Below are positions 24,573 through 37,621 of a stretch of DNA of 64,000 bases, piece after piece (position 1 is the stretch's first letter; each line of letters begins with the position of its first letter). Made by a program: the position numbers and the translations under genes. The notes under the pieces were generated by a model. That model was not told the DNA's origin, made no database searches, and saw only the letters and a list, made by a program, of their open reading frames with translations. The DNA comes from Isurus oxyrinchus (taxonomy: Eukaryota): positions 62,001 to 126,000 of the forward strand of contig JANJGN010000071.1 in assembly GCA_026770705.1 (NCBI GenBank). Direction: 5' to 3'.

Positions 24573-25149
24573 AGGACAGAGAGGGACAGACAGAGTCGAG
24601 AGACACCCAGAATGAAAAAAACACAGTAAAGACTGGAAAATAAACATTCTGGTCTGATCTGGTCTTGTATACCTTCAAATGGAACACCAGTAAAACAGGG
24701 AAATAAGAGTACTGGGCCAAACTGTTAGAGAGGGGCACATTTAGAGAGAGAGAGAGAGAGAGAAAGAGGGAGACACTGAAAGAGATAAGGACAAGGAAAG
24801 AAAGAGTGAGAGAGAGAGACAGACAGAGACACACAAAGAAGTAGAAAGAAAGTGATAGAGATGAAGCAGGAGAGAATGAGGAGAAAGATAGCTAGATAGA
24901 GAGAGAGGATGGTAGAGAAAGAGAACGAGAGGAAAAGAGACAAAGGCAGAATGTGATGGAACACTGAATCCTTGTCTATGCGTTTTGAAATCCAGCCCAG
25001 AACTATCATTGGAAGTTTCAGCGAGTGTCCAGTACAGAGGACCCAGCCCAACCTTCTCATCCTGACCTTCCCAGTGGGGCTGAAGAGGGCAGAGAGGAAA
25101 CCTTCCTCTGTTATTCTGTTGTCGAATAAACACAACAATTCTGGAACTC

Positions 25150-25772
25150 TGCCCTTTCTATCTCACGGATTAGAATATAAGGGGGCAGAGGTCATGCTTC
25201 AGTCTACATAAAGCCCTGGCTAGACCACACCTGGAGTCACTGTGAGACATTCTGGGCCCCACACCTTAGGAAGGATATATTGACCTCGGAGGGAGAGCAG
25301 TGTCAGTTTACCAGAATGAGACCGGGACTCCAAGGGTTAAATCACAAGGAGAGATTAAACACAAACTCGGCTTGTATTCCCTGGAAGTTACAATGTTAAG
25401 CAGGAGATTTGATGAAAGTTCGCATGATATTAAGGGGAACAGATCGGGGGCGATAAAGAGAAACCATTTCCCCTGGTTGGGGGGAGTCTGGGACTCGGGG
25501 TCAGAGCCTAAATAGGAGAGGCTGACCTTTCAGGAGTGAAATTAGGAAGCACAAAGTGTGGGAGAAATTTGGAACGGTCTTCCCCAAACTGAAACTGATG
25601 CACGATCAAGTTGTTCATTTTAAACCTGTGAGACTGATAGATTTTTGTTATCCAAAGGTATTAAAGGAGATGGGACAAAGCCATATGGGGCTAGTTTGCA
25701 GATCAGCCATGATCTCATTGAATGGTGGAGCAGGCTCGAGGGGCCAAATGGCCTCCTCCTACCCTCATGTAA
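25150..25772 (+). mobile_element. CR1 LINE 3' fragment
   Basis: LEYKGAEVML..RPHLE; ends with the CR1-type tail GGCTCGAGGGGCCAAATGGCCTCCTCCT. Confidence 0.8.
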
Positions 25773-26717
25773 TAGAAACTTACGTGTCAGAAGCCAGTTT
25801 ATGTTGATGTGAGTCTGAGTCGATGACTGAACCCAGTTGGTGAATTGTTCCATACAAAGCAAGAACGTTCATGCCCTTCAATGTTCCTGGATAAACCATG
25901 AACAAAGCTGGTGACAGACAGTCTCCACATGGTAAACACTGACCGATCAACACATGACATGGCTGTTAACCCTTAAACCTCAGCGTAAATCAGTTCCCCC
26001 TCGAGGCCCCTTGTCCAAAATAAAAGCAACGCACACAATTTGTAAAATAGTAAGTGTAGCAATGAGAGGAGTAAGGGGTTAGGGGGCATGCGGTTCACCT
26101 GATTTGCCGACATAAGAACCAGCCCCTCTGTTTTTGCTATGTTGTGTTGCGTCAATATGAACACATATTTGCACAAGGTGAAGGGCGTTGCGGAGGGACT
26201 GACAGTTCTCGGCGCCAGACAGTCAATGTCCCAGTGACCTTACTGCTGGTCCCAGGCCAGTGGGACAGGGAACATCGACACTGCAATATCCAGAAATGGG
26301 TGTGATACCACACAGCAACCCGCCCCCGGCTGTCCCCTTCAAGTGTTTCAGGTATAAGAGCAGGAAGCTCCTCTAGTTACAAACCAAAGCATCAAAGCAG
26401 AGCCAGAAGATCAGAAGAGACAGGCAGAGATGGGAAGCTCCCAGATGAAACGGCGACTTGTCTTGTTCACTCTGACTTTGCTGCTCTCCCTGCAGCTGAG
26501 TCACTTCTTCTCCTTGTCAAGGGTAAGCTAAGAGATGTCCCTCTGGGTGAGGTGTTTCTTGCACATGACTCTACATCTACCACCCAGATAGACTGGTCAC
26601 TTCCGCAGTTTGATATTATTATGTTCGTGCCTTTAATATTGTCGCCCTCTATGAATTTAACATCATTTCCTTCTGTCATTTCCCCTGAAATTCTCATTCT
26701 TGTTTTCAATCCCTCCT

Positions 26718-27545
26718 CAGCGACTCCCTATCTCTGTAACCTCCTCCGGCCCGTACAACGCTCCCTATCTCTGTAAACTCCTCCAGCCCCTACAACCCTC
26801 CCTATCTCTGTAACCTCCTCCAGCCGCTACAACCCTCCCTATATCTGTAACCTCCTCCAGCCCCTACAACAATCCCCATCTCTGTAACTTCCTCCAGCCC
26901 CTACAACTGTCCCTATCTCTGTTACCTCCTCCAGCCCCTACAACACTCCCTATCTCCGTAACCTCCTCCAGCCCCTACAACCCTCCCTATCTCTGTAACC
27001 TCCTCCAGCCCCTATAAACCTCCCTATCTCTGTAACCTCCCCCAGGCCCCACAACCCTCATGATCACTGTAACCTCCTCTAGACTCTACAACCCTCCCTA
27101 TCTCTGTAACCTCCTCCAGACCCTACAACCCTCCCTATCTCTGTAACCTCCTCCAGGCCCCACGACCCTCAGAATCACTGTAACCTCCTCCAGCCCCTAC
27201 AATGCTCATGAACTCTATAACGTCCTCTCCACACTATAACTCTCCCTATCTCTGTAACCTACTGTGGCCCCTACAGCAGTATCTATTTTGGTAACCTCCT
27301 CCAGCCTCTACAACCCTCCTTACCTCTGTAACCTCCTCCAGCCCCCACAACCCCCCCCATCTCTTTAACATCCTACAGCCCCTACTCACCTCCCTATCTC
27401 TGTAACCTCCTACAGCCCCTACAACCTTCCCTATCTCTGTCACCTCCTACAGCCTCTAGAACCCTCCCTATCTCTGTTACCTCCTACAGCCTCTACAACC
27501 CTCCCTATCTCTGTAACCTCCTCCAGCCGGAACAACCCTACCTAA
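26718..27545 (+). repeat. 37-bp minisatellite (ACAACCCTCCCTATCTCTGTAACCTCCTCCAGCCCCT)n
   Basis: About 22 tandem units with 37-bp spacing. Confidence 0.95.
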
Positions 27546-27549
27546 ATCT

Positions 27550-28260
27550 CTGGTCTGAGTCTCACTCCAGGGAATTCAGTCCCATAACGTCGGTCAACAC
27601 TCCGTGCTGAGGGAGTGCTGCACTGTCAGAGGGTCAGTAGTGTGGAAGTGTTGCACTATTGGAGGGACAGTACTGAGTGAGTGCTATACTGTCGGAGGTC
27701 AGTACTGAGGAAGTGCTGCTGTGTCGGAGGGTCAGTACTGAGGGAGCGCTGCACTGACGGAGGGACAATACTGTGGGAGTGCAGCACTATCGAAGGGTTA
27801 GTACTGAGGGAGTGCTGCTGTGTCGAAGGGTTAGTACTGAAATAGAGCTGCACTGACGGAGGGACAGTACTGAGGGAGCGCAGCACTATCGAAGGGTTAA
27901 TACTAAGGGAGTGCTGCAGTGTCAAAGGGTTAGTACTGAGGGAGCACAACAATGTTGAATGAGACATTAAACCGAGTCCCCCGTCTGCCCTCTCGGGCGG
28001 GTGTGAAAGATCCCACAGCCACTATTTGGAGGAAGAGCAGGGGGTGTTCTCCCCGGTGTCCTGGGACCAATATTTATCCCTCACCCAACATCACCAAAAA
28101 CAGATGATCTAGGTTACGATCACATTGCTATTTGTGGGATCTTGCTGTGCACAAATCAGCTGCCACATTTCCTACAGTGTGAGTGCACTTCAAAAACATC
28201 CTTCAGTGGCTGTGAAATGCTTTGGGATGTGGTGAAAGGCGTTAGAGAAATGCAAGTCTG
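27550..28260 (+). mobile_element. Deu-domain-type SINE with an internal 33-bp tandem expansion (27605-27950)
   Basis: The array runs into GAGACATTAAACCGAG..GATCCCACAGCCACTATTT..TGTGGGATCTTGCTGTGC..AGAAATGCAAGT. Confidence 0.75.
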
Positions 28261-29149
28261 TCCTCCTCCCCCTCTCTCTCCTGTACCTCTCTCTCTCTCT
28301 CTCCCTCTCCCTCAATCCTCCTCTCACTTTCTCCCTGATAAATTCTTTCTTTTTGCAGGTTGACACTGCTTTAGGTTCTTCGACGATTGAGAAATCTGTG
28401 GATTCCCCGGACACGGTAGGTGGAAATTCATTCCTTATTTTAAGGTTTCTCCCTGCTCGTTTCTTCCACAGAAAGTTTTCTGATTTCAAGCTGATTTCAG
28501 TGGCAGTCTGTCTCGGTTATACTCAGGAGGCATGTTTGAAATCGAGCCCCCCCCGCCCCCACTTTTTTTGCAAAGCTGGGAAGAGGCAATTCCAAGGAAG
28601 TGAACATATCCCCACAGGAATTTTAAATGTAACCCACGCCGGGAATAGTGAGAGGGAGACTGATCCAGCCTGGGAGTGGGTTAAAGAGAGGCTGGGAGTC
28701 GAGAGTCGGAGAGAGGGATGGAATGGGGGAGGGAGGGATTGGAAGAGAGAGACAGAGAGTGGGACGGGGAGGGGTGAAAGGGAAAGAACATAGGTGGGAG
28801 AGAGTGACAGAGGGAGAAATTAAAGAGATGCAGAGTGAGGGAAAGTGAAAAGGGAAGAGAGATTGTCCAAGAGAGAGAAATTAACAGGGAAGGGAGAGTT
28901 ACAGAGTGAGCGAAAGTTACAAAAATAGTGTGAGAGAGAGGGAGAGATACAGAGTGGGAGAAGGAGACAGGGAGAGAGAGAGGGAGAGAGACAGGAAAAG
29001 GGAGAGAGGAGAGAAAGATTGGGAGAGAGGGCAATTGAGAGGAAGAGTAGGAGAGAGAGAGACAGGGAGAGGAGGAGTGGAAGAGAGGAAGAGAGAGAGA
29101 GATATGGAGCAGGAGAACACCTCCTCCGGTCCCGATGTTCCTCCAAAAT

Positions 29150-29455
29150 CTCTGACATTACTGCATCTCCCGGGTCCCCCTGATTCCCATCGCTCCACCA
29201 TTGGTGGCCGTGCCTTCAGCGGCCTGGGGCCCTGAGCTCCGGAATACCCTCCCTTAACCTCTCTGCCTCTCTCTCTCTCTCTCTCTCTCCTTTAAGACGC
29301 TCCTTAAAAACTGACATCTTTGACCAAGCTTTTGGTCACCTATCCCTAATATCTCCATATGTGACTCAGTGTTAGACTTCTCTCTGATTTACGCTCCGGT
29401 AATGTGGGCTGGGACATTTTGCAATGTCCGAGGCGCTGTGTAAATGCAAGTTGTG
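29150..29455 (+). mobile_element. L2 LINE 3' end fragment
   Basis: RSTIGGRAFS motif, TTTAAGACGCTCCTTAAAA, and tail GGCGCTGTGTAAATGCAAGTTGT. Confidence 0.7.
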
Positions 29456-30117
29456 AGTGTTATGTGGAAGGGAGACCCCAGGCGGCAGTCAGTGCCAGAG
29501 ACTGGAGTCATTGTGCGCAGACCGTATCTAATCTCTCCGAATGCACAATCGGTTTGACTGTCAGCCAAAGCACTTTTGATATTTGATCCTTCTAACTGTT
29601 TATAACCAGGCCTACATCATACACCGAGAGGCTGGTTAATCAACAGACACCTTAGAGGATCGAGTGAAAGACAAAGAGGACTTGCATTTCTCTATAAAAA
29701 CAAAGAAAACTGCGGATGCTGGAAATCCAAAACAAAAACAGAATTACCTGAAAAAACTCAGCAGGTCTGGCAGCATCGGCGGAGAAGAAAAGAGTTGACG
29801 TTTCGAGTCCTCAGAAGGGTCATGAGGACTCGAAACGTCAACTCTTGCATTTGTCTAGCGCCTTCCAACACATCAGGACGTCCCAAACTGTTTCGCAGAC
29901 AATCAAGTGCTTTTTTTCTTTCATGTGAGGTCACTGATGTACTGTGGGAAAAGAATCAGCCATTGGCGCACTGTAAGATCCCACAGACAGCAGCATGATA
30001 ATGACCAGCGCACTCCCAGTACTTGCACTGCAAGTGTCAGTTCAGGGTGTCTGCTCGATTCTCTGCAACTCTCAGCTCTGAGTTAAAAGGACCACCAGGC
30101 GTAATTGAGAAATTACC

Positions 30118-30732
30118 GAGCTGTCGGAGGGTCAGTACCAGCGGGGGGGCAGGACAGTCGGAGGGTCAGTACTGAGGGGGTGCTGCATTGTCAGACAGTC
30201 AGTCTTGGAGTGCTGCACTGTCAGAGGGTCAGTACCGGCGGGGGACTGCACAGTCGGAGGGTCAGTACTGAGGGGGTGCTGCATTGTCAGACGGTCAGTA
30301 CTGAGGGAGTGCTGCACAGTCGGAGGGTCAGTACTGAGGGGGTGCTGCACTGTTGAAGGCGCTGTCTTTCAGATGAGATGTTAAACTGAGACAACATCTG
30401 CCCTCTCAGATGGATGTAGAGGATTCCATGGCCACAATTTAAATGAAGTGTTTCAGGAGTTGGGTGTATGTGTGGAGGGGGTGGTGGGGGGTGGATGGGA
30501 TGCAGTTATGTCTGCTTTCCTGGGGCAAACATTTATCCCTCAACTGACATTGGTAAAAAACTGAAAATCGGGGCCATTATCACATTTCTGTTTGTGGGAT
30601 CTTGCTGTGCGTGAATTGCCTGCTGCGTTTCCTACATTACAGCGGTGAGCTCACTTCAGAAAAAGTCCTTCCTTCAGCTGTGGAACACTTTGGGCCATCC
30701 TGAGGAGGGGAAAGGCGCTATAGAAATGCGCC
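30118..30732 (+). mobile_element. Deu-domain-type SINE preceded by 33-bp units (30118-30352)
   Basis: Same organisation as 27550-28260. Confidence 0.75.
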
Positions 30733-31239
30733 ATCCTCCTTCCAATGACGCGCCTGATTGAAATGATGCCTTCTTTCTTTCCGGAATGTTCTCACCTATT
30801 GTCCTCCTGCTTTTCCAGGGCTCCTTGCTGCAGCGCCAGAAGAGAATGGGCAGACAGCAGCTCTGCAGATTCTGCTGTAACTGCTGTAATTGGAGAGGAC
30901 CAAATGAGACTTGTGGTCTCTGCTGTAGATATTAGACCCTGGCCTCATTCACGCAAGGTCATCCTGCACCATGCCACAGCCTCTCCCCTCCTTATCTACT
31001 GCTTAGCAATCTATTTCACACAGGCCCTGTTCATTAATTCCAACTGAAACTTTACCTGCGTTTTACAGCAGGGAATGAAGCCATTTGGCCCATCTGCTCC
31101 ATGCTGGTGTTTCTGCTCCACACGAGTCTCCGCCCATCCCTTCTCCATCTCACCCCATCACCATATCCTTCTATTCATTTCTGCCTCGTGTGTTTATCCA
31201 GCTTCCCCTTAAATACATCGACACTATTCACCTCACGTA

Positions 31240-31394
31240 ACTGTGTTTGTGCCTGTCTTTATGAGCGTGTGTGTGTGTGTGTGTGTGTGACTGTCAATAT
31301 GTGTGTGTCAATGTGAATGTGTGTGATTGTGTCAGCGTGTGTGTGTGTATGTGTGACTGTCAGTGCGTGTCAATGTGAATGTGTGTGATTGTGT

Positions 31395-31427
<33 letters not shown>

Positions 31428-31580
31428 ACTGTGTCAGTGTGTGTCAATGTGAATGAGTGAGTGTGTCAGTGTGTCTGTGTGGGTGTGTGTGACTGTGTCA
31501 GTGTGTGTCAATGTGAATGAGTGAGTGTGTCAGTGTGTCTGTGTGGGTGTGGGTGTGTGAGTGTGCAAGTGAATGTGTGA
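31240..31580. repeat. (GT)n-rich compound microsatellite
   Basis: Seen directly in the sequence. Confidence 0.9.
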
Positions 31581-33084
31581 GGAATCTTATGACTAAGTCA
31601 TTTGAATGGATGTTACTGGGGTTAATGATAGTTAAAATTCAGAGAGATGTAAAGCGGGCTCCTGATTTTGCTGCTTTATGCTCCCGGGCACAGATTGACC
31701 CCGACAATGTGTTCATGATTCACCATCATCTTGTCGGGACTTTAATTGTAAAGATTATGATTTGTGAAAAAAAATGAATAAACAACTTTTGTCTTCACAA
31801 AGTGTCTGGCTTGGTATTTCAGGCTACTTGTCTCTCCCTCACCCTCCCCCCCCACCATGCCCCCCACACCAGGGAACAATTGTCCCCCCTTCCTCTGAAG
31901 TTCTGGGTAAAGATCAGCTTTATTCAATGCAAGCTGTTCCGACATCGAGAACGTTGTTACAAATATCTCACAAAGGGCACATGCCATGATAGCCCACTTT
32001 CAACAGATTTTACCAGTTGACCAGGTTGAAAACCTTTTCATAAACCACAACGTAGGTGTTCAATTCTTGCTGCTGTTTGCTTAATGTTCTCATAACTGCT
32101 ATAACCTCTCTAGTTCCACTACATAACAACACCAACATAAATAAACAGAAGCAGGAGTAGGCCTTTTGGCCTCCCAAGCCAGCTTGTCCATTCAATTTGA
32201 ACCTGGCTCCTGCTGAAAGTTATTTAAGTTGAAGCGATAAAGCCATCAGGTGCAGGGATTAAAATGTAAGCAAAGGAAAAATAATACTTAGACACGAGAT
32301 TTAAAATCAGTTTCTGTGAAGAATCATACTGAGGCCATTGCACTGGATTCCTTCTTTCCAGAGTGAAGGGTTTAAAACTAGGAGTCACATTCAGCAGCTG
32401 CGTTGTCTTCTCTAGTTGACTATTTGGAGGTTGCCTATAGATGTGAATCAGCAGGTCAGCAGCTTTGGGGAGTGAGTGAAGGTCCCTTTTATTTACAGGA
32501 TCTGCCACAGGGTGTGCAGGAATATTCCTGCTGAATTCTCCATCCTTGCATTCATGAAGGGTTTGAAACTGGAAGTCATATTCAGCAGCTGCAATGGCCT
32601 CTGTAGCCAACTGTCTGGAGGTTGCCTGTACATGTGGACTCAGCAGGTCAACAGCTTTGTAGGGCGGGGGGGGTGCACGGGTAGTAAAGGTCCCTTTACT
32701 TTAAAGGCTCTGCCAGTGCAACACTTGATGATCCTGGGTCAAAATCATGTATCACCCTCCCCAACAGCACTGTGGATGTGCCCGATGGAGGTTCCTTGGC
32801 TTCGACAAGCAGCCTACCAGCTCTGCTCTCAATTCCTCTTCGCACTTGCTTCCTTCCTCCTCTGGTCTTTACTTTGTTATAGTGTTAGTGTCCGCTCTGC
32901 CTTTTTTGTAGCTTTCCCAATTCTTCCCACCAACTCTCTCTGGCTTGATCCTTCTCTGTGCTCATCTCATTGGTTTGGGTTTCTATCCGTTCATTGACCT
33001 GGTGTAATCTGAAACTGGTGCAATCAGGTAGGGGTGGGGGGGTTGGCGCTGGCCGTGGGTGGTGATACACAGCTACCTTTTTAC

Positions 33085-33420
33085 CAAAATTCTTTCACGG
33101 GATGTGGACAGCGTTTGTTACCTGTTCCTGACTGACCCCTTGAGAAGGGGGTGCTGAGCTGCCTTTTCGAAGTGCTGCAGTTCGCCTGGTTTGACTGGTC
33201 TGTGGCGGGTTTTGATATAACTCAGTGGCTTGCTCGGCCATTTCAGGGGCCAGTTAAGAGTCAACCACATTGCTGTGGGTCAGGAGTCACACGTAGGCCA
33301 GAATGGGTAAGGACGGCAGGTTTCCTTCCCCAAAGGGCATTAGTGACCCAGATGGGTTTTTGCAACAATTGGCCTTAGTTTCATGGTCACCATTACTGAG
33401 ACTAGCTTCGCATTCCAGAT
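33085..33420 (-). mobile_element. tRNA-derived SINE, reverse orientation
   Basis: Reverse-complement match to 24215-24572. Confidence 0.7.
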
Positions 33421-33424
33421 GTCA

Positions 33425-35625
33425 CATCCAGTCGTGGACAATTAAACAACTCACTGGAGGAGGAGTCTCCACAAATATCCCCATCCTCAATGATGGAGGA
33501 GCCCAGAACACCAGTGCAAAAGACAAGACTGAAGCATGCGCAACAATCTTCAGCCAGAAGTGCTGAGTGGGTGATCCATCTCGGCCTCCTCCGGAGGTCC
33601 CCAGCATCACAGATGCCAATCTTTAGCCAATTCGATTAATTCCACGTGATATCAAGAAAGGGCTGAAGGCACTGGATATTGTAAATGCTCCAGGCCCTGA
33701 AAATATTCTGGCAATAGTACTGAAGACTTGTGCTCCAGAACTTGCTGCGCCCCTAGCCAAGCTTTTCTGGAATTTTCTAGTACCGCTGCAACACTGGCAA
33801 CTACCCGGCTATGGGGTACGTCCTGTACACAAAAAGCAGGACAAATCCAACCCAGCCAATTCCCCAGCAGTCTATTCTTGATCATTACTAAAGTGATTGA
33901 AGGGGTCATCAACAGCGCTTGCAAGCAGCACCTGCTTACCAAGAATCTGCTCACTGACGCTCAGTTTGTGTTCCACCAGGATCATTCAGCTCCTGGCCTC
34001 ATTACAGCCTTGGTTCAAACATGCATAAATGAGCTGAACTCCAGAGGTGAGAGTGACTGTCCTTGACATCAAGGCAGCATTTGACTGAGTGTGGCAAATC
34101 AAGGAGCCCGAGCAAAACTGGAGTCAATGGGAATCGGGGGAAAACTCTCCGCTGCTTGGAGTCATACCCAGCACAAAGGACGATGGTTGTGATTATTGGG
34201 GGTCAATCATCTCAGTTCCAGGACATCACTGCAGGAGTTACTCAGGGTAGTGTCCTAGGCTCAAACATCTTCAACTGCTTCATCAATGACCTTCCTTCCA
34301 TCATAAGGTCAGAAGTGGGGATGTTTGCTGATGTTTGCACAATGTTCAGCACCATTCACAGCTTCTCAGATACTGAAGCAAGTTATGTCCATTTGCAGCA
34401 AGACCTGGACAACATCCAGGCTTGGGCTGACAGGTGACAAGTAACATTCATGCCACACAAGTACCAGGCAATGACCAGCTCCAACAAGAAAGAATCTAAT
34501 TGAAGGTGCAGAAAATTTGGATTTATGTTCAAGAGCCAGCCAGGACCAGCAGCTAGGGCGCCAAAGCGTACACATCCTTACGTGAAAACTTAAAAACCTG
34601 TACTAAGGGCTCAGTTGGAAATTTGCAATGAGGAAATGGGAGACACACACACAAGGACACTGGGTGACTCAATCAAGAAATGGGGAAGGTTATTTCACAC
34701 CGTCCGATGGCCTTGAACCACATCCAGTCAGCCCCCGGAAACCTTTTGTATTGAACAAACATAGATTCTTTGCTGTCTCAAAAGGACAATAGCCAGTCTC
34801 TGCCCTGTAATTACTGTACAAGAACACAATTATCAGCCCACCGGAGGATCATTGTGCTGTGGCCTTTGTCTAACTAATACCATTACCTTGTAACTGAGAG
34901 TAAAAATATATAAACTGTGCTCATTTGAACCTCGGTGGAGAAGCGCCTGGACTGCCCAGCGTTTGCTCCCCACATGCGTAATAAAGGAACCACTTGAATA
35001 TTGCATCTGGAGTCCGAGTGTTGAAATTTTGTACCAGAATATCCCACAGACCATTCATAACCATCGCCCCTTGACATTCAATGGCATTACCATCAATGAA
35101 TCCCCCAATATCAACATCCTGGGAGTTACCATTGAGCAGAAACTGAACTGGACCAGCCATATAAACACTATGGCTGCAAGAGCAGGTCAGAGGCTGGGAA
35201 CCCTGCAGACAGTAACTCACCTCCTGACTCCCCAAAGCCTGTCCACCATCTACAACGCACAAGTCAGGAGTGTGATGGAATACTCTCCACATGCCTGGAT
35301 GAGCACAGCTCCAACAACACTCAAGAAGCTCGACACCATCCAGGACAAAGCAGCCCGATTGATTGGCTCCCCTTCCACAGAGCTAGATAGATTCTTGATT
35401 AACAAGGGGGTGAAAGGTCATTGGGGGTAGGCAGGAATGTGAGGTTGAGGTGACAATCAGATCAGCCATGATCTTACTGAATGGCAGAGCAGGTTCGAGG
35501 GACTGAGTGACCTACTCCTGATCCTAACTCAGATATCCAGATGTTCTCAAAGGCAATTGGGGATGGGCAACAAATACTGGCCTAGCCAGCGACACCAACA
35601 TCCCTGAAATGAATAAGAAAAAAAT
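33425..35625 (+). mobile_element. Decayed CR1/L2-group LINE ORF2 interrupted by a solo LTR and a CR1 tail
   Basis: GVTQGSVLGSNIFNCFINDLP..MFADVCT RT motifs. Continues after 35057. 3' tail at ~35550-35625. Confidence 0.85.
34501..35057 (+). mobile_element. Solo LTR, 557 bp
   Basis: TGAAGG...CCATTCA termini, 4-bp TSD TAAT/TAAC, TATATAAA at ~34907, AATAAA at 34980. Cleanly splits the LINE sequence GAATCTAACCATC. Confidence 0.85.
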
Positions 35626-36871
35626 GTATCAATCAATTAAATTTATTGATTAATCGAACTGAAATTCCTCCAGCTGCCGTGGTGGGATTTGAACCCGTGC
35701 CTTCAAAGCATTCACCTGGGCCTCTGGATCACTGGCCTAGTGCCATTCCCATTGTGCGACTGTCTGCTATCATCATGGCTCTTTCACATCGATGTGGAAG
35801 TCCTGATAACAGAAGCATTGGACGAGGTACAGTAAGGTGACAAATCAGGAGCTCCATTGCTCAATATGAACGGATAATAAAGATAAATGAACATAAACCT
35901 TCTAGTTGCTAATTAGGGAGTCACTGTGGAGCCCATGAGTCCCTCGCAGCGCTATTGCAACCTTCTGGATCCCCAGTAGGGGACTCGGGGTGCAGCTGTG
36001 TCTTCCTCATCATTTGGAAAAGCCGGAATTGTTCGGGTGCCCCTTCAAACAGGCCGAAGATGCAGTGGGTGATGTCTCCCACAGGCCCTGGGAGACCTCC
36101 CCTGCCAATTTGTTTTGTAGCTTATTCTTCAACTGCGACATTGGATCAGCTTGAAAAAGGGTGAGGCTGAGGCAATACCACCAGGTAAGCGTCTATCCCC
36201 TCACACGTCACCCCCCGACCCCCGTAACCGTCACAGTCCCTCCCATCGTGCTGGAGGAGCATAATGTGCACATTCCCCTCCTTCCAATCAGTCTCCTCCC
36301 TTCCTCTCTAATCCTTGATCTTATTGTGTTCGGGGTTGACATCCCAGTCCTCCTCCCTAGACTGTCTGATGTTGACATCCCAATGCCCCATGTAGACCTG
36401 ACCTCTCTCCAACTAGAGGCCCATTGTACTGTGACTTACAGAGACCACCGGCCCCCCTCGATTCCCACCCCCACCCCTACCCTCTATATTACCTGCTCCC
36501 CACTGACAGGCTGCAGATGCCTCCCCTGACTGGGATTGTGCCACCTGCGGCCTAGTATCAAGCCACCCACCCCCAGGACCGACGTGTGTGAGGGACTGAC
36601 CACGTCCTTTACACCATGCTGGGCACCACCAACCCAGGACTGCCAGGCTGTCCCCACCACACTGGACTGGGACTAGAATAGGCGTGCCAAGCACAGCTCT
36701 CTAAATCGTGGCGCAGACCCACAGCACTCGCAATGTTTTGTGGCCCGAATCCTTGCTGAGGAACTGCCCAGCACTAAAAGCAAAAAAACTGCAGATGCTG
36801 GAAATTCAAAACAGAAACAGAAACAGAAATACCTGGAAAAACTCAGCAGGTCTGGCAGCATCGGCGGAGAA

Positions 36872-37621
36872 GAACTGAGGGAGTGCGGCACTGTCGGAGG
36901 TTCAGTACTGAGGGAGTGCTGCACTGTCGGAGGGTCTGAACTGAGGGAGTGCTGCACTGTCGGAGGGTCTGAACTGAGGAAGTGCTGCACTGTCGGATGG
37001 TTTGAACTGAGGGAGTGCTGCACTGTCGCAGGGTCTGAACTGAGGGAGAGCTGCACTGTCGGAGGGTATGAACTGAGGGAGTGCTGCACTGTCGGAGGGT
37101 ATGAACTGAGGGAGAGCTGCACTGTCGGAGGGCTTGAACTGAGGAAGTGCTGCACTGTCGGATGGTTTGAACTGAGGGAGTGCTGCACTGTCGCAGGGTC
37201 TGAACTGAAGGAGTGCTGCACTGTCGGAGGGTCTGAACTGAGGGAGTGCTGCACTGTCGGAGGGTCTGAAATGAGGGAGTGCTGCACTGTCAGAGGGTCT
37301 GAACTGAGAGAGTGCTGCACTGTCAGAGGGTCTGAACTGAGGGAGTGCTGCACTGTCGGAGGGTTTGAACTGAGGGAGTGCTGCATTGTTGGAGGGTTTG
37401 AACTGAGGGAGTGCTGCACTGTCGGATGGTTTGAACTGAGAGAGTGCTGCACTGTCGGAGGTTCTGAACTGAGGGAGTGCTGCACTGTCGGAGGGTTTGA
37501 AATGAGGGAGTGCTGCACAGTCGGAGGGTCTGAACTGAGGGAGTGCTGCACTGTCGGAGGGTTTGAACTGAGGGAGTTCTGCATTGTCGGAGGGTCTGAT
37601 CTGAGGGAGTGCTGCACTGTC
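36872..37621 (+). repeat. 33-bp minisatellite, GGGTCTGAACTGAGG variant
   Basis: About 22 units; 11-aa periodic ORFs. Confidence 0.95.
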
